DNA from: a virus
Taxonomy: Duplodnaviria; Heunggongvirae; Uroviricota; Caudoviricetes
Length of the DNA: 24,790 nt
Virus record (IMG/VR): IMGVR_UViG_3300020582_000005
Reading direction: 5' to 3' (one strand)
Of this stretch, positions 14,342-22,254 are shown one piece after another. The translations under genes were made by a program, and so were the position numbers. Position 1 is the stretch's first letter. Each line of letters begins with the position of its first letter. Below the pieces are notes generated by a model. The model saw nothing but the letters and a program-made list of their open reading frames with translations. It had not been told where the DNA came from and did not search any database.

Positions 14342-16408
14342 ATGGGCCAGTTTAAAGACATAGCTCTACCTCTAATTGCACGAGGCATTCCAGTAATGCC
14401 TCTGTTGCCTAAGGCTAAAAATGCTTTCCTTTCTGGGTGGCAAAATTTAGCTAGTTTCGATTTGAATCAAATTGAAGCTTGGGATACTCAATATCCTGAT
14501 CATAACTGCGGATCGGTTGCTAAAGCTACGCCTAGTGGTTACTGGTTTCTAGAATTAGATAGGCCAGAAGCAGGACAACGTATTGAAGCTGAAACCGGGC
14601 ATAGTGTCCCTCAGACATTTCGTGTACGTTCGTCTCCTGGTAGAGGGCATCTTTACTGGAAACAGAATGCAAAGTCGTTGGCGATGGGGAATATTTCGCA
14701 AAATTTTGTCAGAGACACAGATTGGTCAGCCCGTGTCGACAATGAATATGTGGTCAGTCCGGGCAGCTGGCACCCAAAGTCAGGTCGGCAATATGAGATT
14801 GTCAGCAACGCTGAAATTGTTGAAGCACCAGATTGGTTAATAGATTGGTGCATTAGTCAGAAACTTGACAAAAAAGTTGTCCAGAAAACTATTGAAGAGG
14901 GTGGTGTCATCCCTCATGGTGCTCGCAATGTTACGCTGGCTTCACTTGCTGGTAAGATGCGGCACCGAATGCAAGCCGACGAAGACGAGATTTATGCTTA
15001 TCTGAGAGAAGTAAATAGAAAGCAGTGTCAGCCGCCCCTGGCAGATGAGGATATAAGAGTCATTGCGGCTTCGATAGCCCGTTATCCTGTAAAGAATGAC
15101 ATTCCCCTCGTCCGTGGAGTCCCGATTGACGTACGGGCTTCCCAAGCGCAGCAACCAGTAGCTCCGGAAGAAGCTCTGGAAGAAGCTCCGGAGCCAATAA
15201 CGATATCTAGCGTACCTTACCCAAAGTTTCCAGAGTGGGTGATGAATGGTACTAGTTTATTTGAAGGCTTCGTTAAGCCAGTATGTGACGTTAATAGTCG
15301 ATATCCTGAATATATGTGGATGTCGGCTATGGTTATCCTGATGAACTTTCTTGCACTGAAAGTCAACGTAAATAAAAAGCGTCTAATACCGTCGTTTTTC
15401 TTGATCAACATAGGTATGAAAGGACGACTGCACAAGTCCGCATCGGTTGAAGACGCAATCCGTTATTTCGCTTGTATGGGTGTGTGCGATAATGGCGGTG
15501 TGATGACCCGAAATGCTGAAGGAAAGAGCTTAATCTATAGCCCTGGATCACCCGAAGGATTGGGCTTGGAGATGCAGAGAACTCAGTGTAAAAACGCTAT
15601 TCTTTATTACGACGAATTTATGACGTTAGTTAATAAAGCCGGAATAGATACGTCTGATCTCGTGGCAACACTGTTGAAGCTCTATGAGTCAGGTAAATTT
15701 TCGAATTTGATTAAGGCTCGCAAAGATAGTTTCTCATTAGAGTTTGGAACGTATTGCGTAAGCTTTATCGCTAATACAACCGACAAGAATTTCATTCGGC
15801 TCTGGAGCAAACTACTTGGCAACGAGAGTTCTGGTCTGAAAGACAGGTTCTTTTTCTTATATCAACCGCAGCGCTTGAAGGATCAGAAGCCATTCGTAGA
15901 TGTGAATTGGGGCGAAGGTGTTCTGAGAACTCGGAAGTTGATTGACGCAGCTTTGTTAAAGAAAACTTATGATATTATTTACCCGGAAATGTTGGATAAT
16001 ATTTCAAAGCGGATGGATGATCGTCAAGAGCAACGAGTCGAGCGTCTTGCATTAGCCTTTGCTGTAGATTTGGGTTTGGACGCTATAGATGATGAATGTA
16101 TCGAGCGTGCCATAGCAATCGTTGATTATGAACAAACCGTAAAGAAATATCTGAAAACTTTCGAGACACAGACAAAAGAAGCTCAAATTCAGATGGAAGT
16201 AATTGGTTATTTGATGCGGCATAACGGCACGGCTTTGCAACGAGATGTTGAGCGAGCCTTGCATCCTGTTGAGCAGTGGGGAACATTTTTGTGGAGTCGT
16301 TCATGGCAAGGATTAGTCATGTCGGGAAAAATTCAAGTTCTAGGTAGTGGTACAAGGGGTGATCCTAAGCAATGGCAACTTTTGTGGATTCCCGAAGAGG
16401 AAGAGTAA
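14342..16408 (+). CDS. Bifunctional primase-polymerase (AEP) + PriCT-1 + DUF3987-like P-loop/helicase domain
   Basis: IPVMPL..KAK...GWQ, LELD, GRGHLYW, YVVSPGSWHP; GARNVTLASLAG...PPL..EDI..IAASI; GMKGRLHKS, SPEGL, ILYYDEF. Confidence 0.85.
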   Translation: MGQFKDIALPLIARGIPVMPLLPKAKNAFLSGWQNLASFDLNQIEAWDTQYPDHNCGSVAKATPSGYWFLELDRPEAGQRIEAETGHSVPQTFRVRSSPGRGHLYWKQNAKSLAMGNISQNFVRDTDWSARVDNEYVVSPGSWHPKSGRQYEIVSNAEIVEAPDWLIDWCISQKLDKKVVQKTIEEGGVIPHGARNVTLASLAGKMRHRMQADEDEIYAYLREVNRKQCQPPLADEDIRVIAASIARYPVKNDIPLVRGVPIDVRASQAQQPVAPEEALEEAPEPITISSVPYPKFPEWVMNGTSLFEGFVKPVCDVNSRYPEYMWMSAMVILMNFLALKVNVNKKRLIPSFFLINIGMKGRLHKSASVEDAIRYFACMGVCDNGGVMTRNAEGKSLIYSPGSPEGLGLEMQRTQCKNAILYYDEFMTLVNKAGIDTSDLVATLLKLYESGKFSNLIKARKDSFSLEFGTYCVSFIANTTDKNFIRLWSKLLGNESSGLKDRFFFLYQPQRLKDQKPFVDVNWGEGVLRTRKLIDAALLKKTYDIIYPEMLDNISKRMDDRQEQRVERLALAFAVDLGLDAIDDECIERAIAIVDYEQTVKKYLKTFETQTKEAQIQMEVIGYLMRHNGTALQRDVERALHPVEQWGTFLWSRSWQGLVMSGKIQVLGSGTRGDPKQWQLLWIPEEEE

Positions 16409-16695
16409 TGAGTGACCTTCTTATTTATGGAAATCGTAAACAAGAGGATATTATTTGGGACATATCAACCCCCGAGAAACGAGCGGCAGGATTTTTAGCT
16501 TTGTTTCGTTTTCTTAATGAAGAGTGGGATGTTTATCAACCGGACGATTTAGACGCCGTTCAAGAAAAACTTTTCAATAAGGCCGTTGAAGGTGATGCCG
16601 TTGCGGCAGAACGCTTGTTGACTATACGTAAGAATTATGAATATGAAGAATGGGATTTTGGAGAATTAATCAACCCTCTGACAGGAAGAAAATGA
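16408..16695 (+). CDS. Hypothetical protein
   Basis: TAATG coupling at 16408. Confidence 0.65.
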   Translation: MSDLLIYGNRKQEDIIWDISTPEKRAAGFLALFRFLNEEWDVYQPDDLDAVQEKLFNKAVEGDAVAAERLLTIRKNYEYEEWDFGELINPLTGRK

Positions 16696-17378
16696 TACCT
16701 GAAATTAAGGTTCTAGATCACGGTTTTGTAAGTTTGGAAGATTCTTGTGCTACAGATTTGAGCGTAGTTAATTCGGCACGAGTCTCCTTTAATAAATATC
16801 ACGAAAAGATGGAAGAGGGTGACGACAAGCTGATCGGTTTCTTGATGAAGAACCGGCACGGTACGCCATTCGAACAGAATTTCTTCCGGTTTCGAGTCAA
16901 AGCTCCTATCTTCGTGTTTAGGGAGTGGCATCGGCATAGGATTGGAATCAGTATTAATGAGTGGAGCGCTCGTTATTCTGAATTAAAAGGTGAGTTTTAT
17001 ATCCCAAGCTTAGAAAACGTTCGCATTCAATTGGGAAAACCGGGATATTATACTTATGAAACGGCTTCGTCAGAATTAGCCCAACAATTTATTAATAAGC
17101 TACAGATAAGTAGTGAGTTTTGTTTTAAAGATTACCAAGAGGCTTTAGAATGGGGAATAGCTAAAGAACAGGCACGTTTTCTTCTACCAGTAAATATTTA
17201 TAGTGAGATGTACTGGTCTTGTAATGCTCGTAGCTTGATGAACTTTCTGAGTTTGCGGAATGCTCCTAAAGCTATGTGGGAAATTCGGCAGTATGCAGCA
17301 CAATTGGAAAATATTTTTAAAGAAGTTATGCCGATCACATGGCAATATTTTGTAGAAAATGAAAGGATGGCACCATGA
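16692..17378 (+). CDS. thyX: FAD-dependent thymidylate synthase
   Basis: VVNSARVS, RHGTPFE, REWHRHR, NEWSARY, NARSLMNFLSLR, EIRQYA. Confidence 0.95.
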   Translation: MIPEIKVLDHGFVSLEDSCATDLSVVNSARVSFNKYHEKMEEGDDKLIGFLMKNRHGTPFEQNFFRFRVKAPIFVFREWHRHRIGISINEWSARYSELKGEFYIPSLENVRIQLGKPGYYTYETASSELAQQFINKLQISSEFCFKDYQEALEWGIAKEQARFLLPVNIYSEMYWSCNARSLMNFLSLRNAPKAMWEIRQYAAQLENIFKEVMPITWQYFVENERMAP

Positions 17379-17869
17379 GTAATTATCCGTTATGGCATGA
17401 GAATGGATGTATGAAGTGGGACATTCGTTTTCTTGAGCTAGCGAAGCATATTTCCAGTTGGAGTAAAGACCCGTCAACAAAGGTCGGTGCCGTTCTAGTT
17501 AACGATCTTAAACAGGTTGTCGGTATGGGTTACAATGGTTTCGCTCGTGGTGTTCAAGATACTGATGAACGTTTAAATGATCGTGAAACAAAATATAAGT
17601 TAGTCGTTCACGCTGAAGTAAATGCGATTATTCAAGCTGGTTCTCAGGCTCGTAATTCGACATTATATGTTTATCCGTCTTTTATGATTCCACCGATTTG
17701 TCATGAGTGCTGTAAATCGGCCATTCAAGCGGGTATCAGAAAAATTGTCGGTTATGTACCAAATGAAGCGGACCCCCGTGTTCAGCGATGGAAGGATTCT
17801 ATACTGACTTCACGGGAAATGTGGCTTGAAGCAGGATGTGTCTGGAGAACTTACGAGGAGACAGTATGA
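17375..17869 (+). CDS. dCMP deaminase
   Basis: SKDPSTKVGA, GYNG, HAEVNAI, PICHECCK. Confidence 0.92.
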   Translation: MSNYPLWHENGCMKWDIRFLELAKHISSWSKDPSTKVGAVLVNDLKQVVGMGYNGFARGVQDTDERLNDRETKYKLVVHAEVNAIIQAGSQARNSTLYVYPSFMIPPICHECCKSAIQAGIRKIVGYVPNEADPRVQRWKDSILTSREMWLEAGCVWRTYEETV

Positions 17870-18387
17870 AATCGATTTATGTGATAGGAAGTTTACGGAA
17901 TCCAAATATTCCATTGTTAGCGAATGATTTGCGAAAACTAGGCTTGGATGTTTTTGACGATTGGTTTAGCTCAGGTCCTGAGACGGATGATTATTGGCAG
18001 AAATATGAAAAGATTAGAGGGCGCACATACGGAGAGGCACTTAACGGAACTATGGCTGATCATATATTCTCGTATGACAAGTCCCATCTCGACCGTACCG
18101 ACGCTGCTGTCCTAATGGCACCTGCCGGTAAATCTGGACATATGGAATTGGGCTACACTATCGGGAAGGGAAAGCCGGGATTCGTCTTGTTCGATAAAGA
18201 ACCGGAGAGATACGACGTGATGTACCGATTTGCAACAGGAGTTTTCTTTGACCGGCAAAAGTTTTTAGATCATATATCACAGCGTTACCTTGGAGTTTAC
18301 CCGAATAGTCTTCTATGTTGTGGAGGCGATGAAGCTGGAAATCATTTACGTCAATGTCCGAGTGTTGGAATTCCAGCAAATTTGTAA
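17866..18387 (+). CDS. Nucleoside 2-deoxyribosyltransferase-like protein 2
   Basis: IYVIGSLRN, YDKSHLDRTDAAV, GKSGHMELGY; GAGGAG RBS before ATG 17866. Confidence 0.75.
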   Translation: MKSIYVIGSLRNPNIPLLANDLRKLGLDVFDDWFSSGPETDDYWQKYEKIRGRTYGEALNGTMADHIFSYDKSHLDRTDAAVLMAPAGKSGHMELGYTIGKGKPGFVLFDKEPERYDVMYRFATGVFFDRQKFLDHISQRYLGVYPNSLLCCGGDEAGNHLRQCPSVGIPANL

Positions 18388-18388
18388 T

Positions 18389-19336
18389 ATGCGACTTGAA
18401 ACTGATCTTAAATTAGATTTTAGCGATGTTCTTCTAAAACCGAAACGATCTACTTTGTCTAGTCGATCTGAAGTGGATTTGGAACGAGAATTTAAATTTA
18501 AGTATTCTGAAAGAACGTGGAGAGGTATTCCTGTTATTTCGGCTAATATGTCTAGTGTGACCAATAAAGCGGTTGCTGATGTTATGTTTGCAGAGCATAT
18601 GTTAGCTGCTTTACCGAAGGGTTTTTTAATTACATCAAATTATTGTATTCAAACTGTAGGTTTAAAAGAAAATCCCGATGTGATTTTAAATAATCTGTGT
18701 GTAGATGTGGCCAACGGTTATTCTGAGCAACTGGTTCAAAGAGTTTCTCAGTTACGTTCATTATATAAAAATGTTACGATTATGGCTGGAAACGTTGTCA
18801 CGGCAGAAATGACAGAAGCTTTGATCTTAGCAGGTGCCGACGTAGTTAAAGTTGGTATCGGTTCTGGAAGTGCTTGTTCAACTCGATTAAAGACCGGCGT
18901 TGGTTATCCGCAATTGAGTGCCATAGCAGAGGCTGCAGACGCTGCTCACGGCCTAGGAGCACATATTATTTCTGATGGCGGATGTACTGCTCCGGGTGAT
19001 GTTGTTAAAGCATTCGCTGCAGGCGCAGACTTTGTCATGCTTGGCGGAATGCTTGCCGGTTGTCAAGAAAATGGTCCTGATTTCTACGGCATGTCATCTA
19101 GACGAGCCAATGAGGAAATGGCTGGCGGATTAAAAGATTATAAAGCGGCTGAAGGATGGGAGATGACACTTCCGCCTAAAGGTTCTCTGAAAGATGTTCT
19201 GCAAGATATTAAAGGTGGATTGCGAAGTGCTTGTGCTTATGTGGGAGCTAAGCGATTGAAAGATTTACCGAAATGCGCCACGTTTATTAGAGTGAATAAT
19301 CAGATTAATAAATCGCTGCTGGATTATCGAATTTAA
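18389..19336 (+). CDS. guaC: GMP reductase (type 1, shortened)
   Basis: DLKLDFSDVLLKPKRSTLSSRSEVDLER, CVDVANGYSE, KVGIGSGSACSTR, SDGGC, FYGMSS, GGLRSACAYVGA. Confidence 0.93.
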   Translation: MRLETDLKLDFSDVLLKPKRSTLSSRSEVDLEREFKFKYSERTWRGIPVISANMSSVTNKAVADVMFAEHMLAALPKGFLITSNYCIQTVGLKENPDVILNNLCVDVANGYSEQLVQRVSQLRSLYKNVTIMAGNVVTAEMTEALILAGADVVKVGIGSGSACSTRLKTGVGYPQLSAIAEAADAAHGLGAHIISDGGCTAPGDVVKAFAAGADFVMLGGMLAGCQENGPDFYGMSSRRANEEMAGGLKDYKAAEGWEMTLPPKGSLKDVLQDIKGGLRSACAYVGAKRLKDLPKCATFIRVNNQINKSLLDYRI

Positions 19337-20577
19337 TGGAACTATTCCATATCGACTACGAGTCTCGAAGTGAAGTTGAGATCGGAGATAAGAATAAACG
19401 TGAAGGTGTAGGCCTTTACAATTATCTGCATCATCCGACGACAAAGCCTTTAATGATGGCGTACGCTCTTGGTGATGCAAAACCGCAGCTGTGGGAGATA
19501 GCTCAGGGCGAGCCTATGCCTAAATTCGTTTGGGAACGTATGACAGACCCGAATCAGTTGATGGCAGCGTGGTACTCGGCGTTTGAACGTGGGATGACAT
19601 TAGTGAAACTTGGAATAGATATTCCGATAGAACGTTGGTATGATCCACAAGCTAGTTCTAGATATCTGTCTTTGACGGGTAAATTGGAAATTGATAGTCA
19701 AGTTTTAAATCTTGGAAAAGAATTTGCGAAGGACGAACGTGGTGAAGATTTAATTCATTTGTTTAGCCGATTGACAGTTGTCAAAGCTACAAAGAAACGT
19801 CAAGCAGCAAGTTTCTTTAATGACTACAATTCACATCCTAAGGAGTGGCAGGAATTTGGAGAATATTGTCGCCAAGATATTGTTGCAGAACGAGAAAACG
19901 CTCGCCGACTTCAACTTCTCGGAGTATTTCCTTTGCCCGAGCGAGAGCGAAGAATCTGGATATTTGATCAAAAAGTCAACGACCGAGGGCTTCCAGTCAA
20001 TATGGAGTTCGTCATTAAAGCATATAAATTAGCTTGTCGAGCTAAGGAAGCAGCCCTAGCAAATCAGCAGCGCTTGACTGGTTTAGAGAATGCTAATTCG
20101 CCTTTGCAAATGCTTGAGTGGGCACAGGGACAGGGTTATAAGCCAAATACGCTTCGTAAAGAACGTGTCACTGCTACTTTGAAATATGAGAAAGATACTA
20201 TAACTCCATTATGTGTCCGGGTGTTAGAAGCTCGTGCAGCGGCTAGTTCCACAACGTACAAGAAATTGGCTGCCATCATCAGACAGGTTTGTCCAGACAA
20301 CAGACTTCGTCACCAATTTATATATATGGGATCGGCACGGTGTGGTCGGTGGACAGGGAACGGATTCCAAGTTCACAATCTGGCACGCCCTGACAAGCGA
20401 TTCGAGGATCAGAAAAATATTAAGAAAGCCCGAGCGCTGGTGTTGACTGAAGATTATCAGGGAATTATCGATGCGTTCGGTAAGAAGCCAGAAAATAACA
20501 ATGGTGACATCGATTACGGCGCAGTCTTGATTGTTGTGAAAAATTTGATACGGACGGTATTCGAAGTTGCCAGATAA
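19336..20577 (+). CDS. polA: Family A DNA polymerase, N-terminal part (3'-5' exonuclease, thumb, palm motifs 1-2; APSE-like phage type)
   Basis: IDYESRS (ExoI), SAFER (ExoII), EYCRQDI (ExoIII), STTYKKL, ARCGRWTG..FQVHNLAR; ends LIRTVFEVAR-stop with no motif A, B or C. Confidence 0.9.
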   Translation: MELFHIDYESRSEVEIGDKNKREGVGLYNYLHHPTTKPLMMAYALGDAKPQLWEIAQGEPMPKFVWERMTDPNQLMAAWYSAFERGMTLVKLGIDIPIERWYDPQASSRYLSLTGKLEIDSQVLNLGKEFAKDERGEDLIHLFSRLTVVKATKKRQAASFFNDYNSHPKEWQEFGEYCRQDIVAERENARRLQLLGVFPLPERERRIWIFDQKVNDRGLPVNMEFVIKAYKLACRAKEAALANQQRLTGLENANSPLQMLEWAQGQGYKPNTLRKERVTATLKYEKDTITPLCVRVLEARAAASSTTYKKLAAIIRQVCPDNRLRHQFIYMGSARCGRWTGNGFQVHNLARPDKRFEDQKNIKKARALVLTEDYQGIIDAFGKKPENNNGDIDYGAVLIVVKNLIRTVFEVAR

Positions 20578-20848
20578 TTGTATCTGCGGACATGCTAGAA
20601 AGGAACATCGTCAAATTTATTTAGATGATGAAGCAATCCGTGGGGAGTGTTTACACTGGTTTCCACAATGGCTTTCATTTTTGAAAATAGGTTCTCAGTG
20701 TCAATGTAAAGAATTTGAGTTACCATTACACGATAATTTTTATAAACAAGACGGCGTTTATTGGTGGAACGATGCGCCTCGTTATGTTCATGACACAAAT
20801 AGATGCCGAGTTTGCAACGGGAGTTTGAGGACAGTTCGTGGACACTAG
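20567..20848 (+). CDS. Small Cys/His-rich protein inserted between the two polA parts
   Basis: TTG start; CICGH....H...C.H...CQC..F and CRVC; overlaps both polA parts by 11 nt. Confidence 0.6.
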   Translation: MPDNCICGHARKEHRQIYLDDEAIRGECLHWFPQWLSFLKIGSQCQCKEFELPLHDNFYKQDGVYWWNDAPRYVHDTNRCRVCNGSLRTVRGH

Positions 20849-21824
20849 ACTGAATGTCGCCGATCTTAATGCAATCGAGACGAGAGTAGCCGCTTGGATC
20901 GCTGGCTGCGAGCCTCTACTTCAAGTATTTTATGAGGGAAAAGACCCCTATTTAGCTTTCGCCGTCAAAATGTACGGCATACCTTATGAAACTTTAGAAG
21001 CTGATTTACATTCCGATGATCCGGTCAAGAAAGCCGCAGCGAAGTTCATGCGGCAGATGGCGAAGCCGGGAGTTCTTGCGGCGGTGTATCGTCAAGGTGC
21101 CGGTGGAATGGGTAAGGATAAAAAGACTGGTGATCCTAAGAAGCTAGGATTGTGGGGCTATGCTGAAAACATGGGCATAGATATGACTCTTGCAGAGGCT
21201 CAGAATATCACAAACGTTTTTCGTGAGTCATATCCCGAAATCGTCCATATGTGGTATGCGTTAGAAATAGCTATCAAGTCGGTTTTGCAGAATAGACCGG
21301 TGACAACGACGAATCCGGATATGTTGTTCTCCTTGAGCAGACTGGATCAAATAGGAATAAAGTTCGATAAGCTTCCTTTTAACGATAGAGGAAATGATCG
21401 CCAGATTCTTAGAATGCAATTGCCGTCAGGTAGATATCTTCATTATGTGGATGCTCACATCGACGATATTAGAATGCCGTGGAGCACTGAAGATAATGAA
21501 GTATTCAAACCCGGATTGATTTATAGTGGCGTCGATCAGGAAACAAAGCAGTGGAAGAACGGTATTGTCAGTCACGGTGGAAAAGTTTTTGAAAATGCTG
21601 TGCAAGCGATAGCCCGAGATGTTCTATGTGATAAACTTTTAGAAATCGATCAGATTTGTTCAATCTGTGGTCACGTACATGACGAAGGAATTAGTGAAAC
21701 AGACAATGATCCGTTTCACCCTGGCTATCGAGAGATGGTTCATTTGATGTCACAGCCGGTCAGATGGGCACCAGATTTACCTCTAGGAGCAGATGGCTTT
21801 GAGGATGTTTATTATCATAAGTGA
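20838..21824 (+). CDS. polA: Family A DNA polymerase, C-terminal part (motifs A, B, C)
   Basis: VADLNAIETR (A), RQMAKPGVLAAVY (B), ENAVQAIARD, GHVHDE (C); GAGG 7 nt before GTG. Confidence 0.9.
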   Translation: MDTRLNVADLNAIETRVAAWIAGCEPLLQVFYEGKDPYLAFAVKMYGIPYETLEADLHSDDPVKKAAAKFMRQMAKPGVLAAVYRQGAGGMGKDKKTGDPKKLGLWGYAENMGIDMTLAEAQNITNVFRESYPEIVHMWYALEIAIKSVLQNRPVTTTNPDMLFSLSRLDQIGIKFDKLPFNDRGNDRQILRMQLPSGRYLHYVDAHIDDIRMPWSTEDNEVFKPGLIYSGVDQETKQWKNGIVSHGGKVFENAVQAIARDVLCDKLLEIDQICSICGHVHDEGISETDNDPFHPGYREMVHLMSQPVRWAPDLPLGADGFEDVYYHK

Positions 21825-21830
21825 GGCAAA

Positions 21831-22109
21831 ATGAAGTGGGATTTTAAAATAGATTTTACTATCAGTCGTGGCAGGAAACGTATCCTGGTGCTTGAAAGGA
21901 TACTTCCGTTTCTTAAGAAGCTGAAAGAGCGTCATAAGAATGCGTATTATTCTTGCTTTCGAAAGACTCGTTTCACTTCGCACGGTGCAGCGATGAATGC
22001 AATGTGGTTCAAGAAGCATCCGGAAGCGCCAGCGTTTTCGGCATACAACTGTGAAATTTGCGAGGGCTTTCACATCACGACGGAGAAAGGTAATGGAAAA
22101 GATGACTAA
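21831..22109 (+). CDS. Hypothetical protein with C..K...Y.C..C..FH zinc motif
   Basis: GAGG RBS; CFRKTRF...AYNCEICEGFHIT. Confidence 0.7.
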   Translation: MKWDFKIDFTISRGRKRILVLERILPFLKKLKERHKNAYYSCFRKTRFTSHGAAMNAMWFKKHPEAPAFSAYNCEICEGFHITTEKGNGKDD

Positions 22110-22254
22110 GGATGACCGGTCTAAAAAGTACGTAGAGATAGTTTTGACTGGAATTCTAGGACCGTTTGTTATTCTGATGTTTATTGTTAGTATTCCGTTT
22201 TATTTATTGGGTTGTCTATTGAACAAATTAATTTTCGGGGAGTGGGAGCGATGA
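22093..22254 (+). CDS. Small membrane protein
   Basis: GGAG 7 nt before ATG 22093; long hydrophobic stretch. Confidence 0.55.
   Translation: MEKMTKDDRSKKYVEIVLTGILGPFVILMFIVSIPFYLLGCLLNKLIFGEWER

Noticed and set aside
14865-14895. TTGACA inside the primase gene
   Set aside because: No convincing -10 box at 16-18 bp and no upstream motif.
19771-19784. Inverted repeat TTGACA-GT-TGTCAA in polA
   Set aside because: Single short palindrome within coding sequence, at the level expected by chance.
20575-20840. Group I intron, intein or T4 gene 60-type bypass explaining the polA gap
   Set aside because: No P7 (GACUA/UAGUC) pairing was found, the frames differ (excluding an intein), and matched-codon hops (AGA to AGA, TTC to TTC) would give 9 instead of 12 residues before motif A. 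Not formally excluded without RT-PCR.
16692-21824. 2-aminoadenine (Z) or other known hypermodification pathway
   Set aside because: No PurZ, DatZ, hydroxymethylase, glycosyltransferase or queuosine-pathway genes in this window; they may lie outside it.
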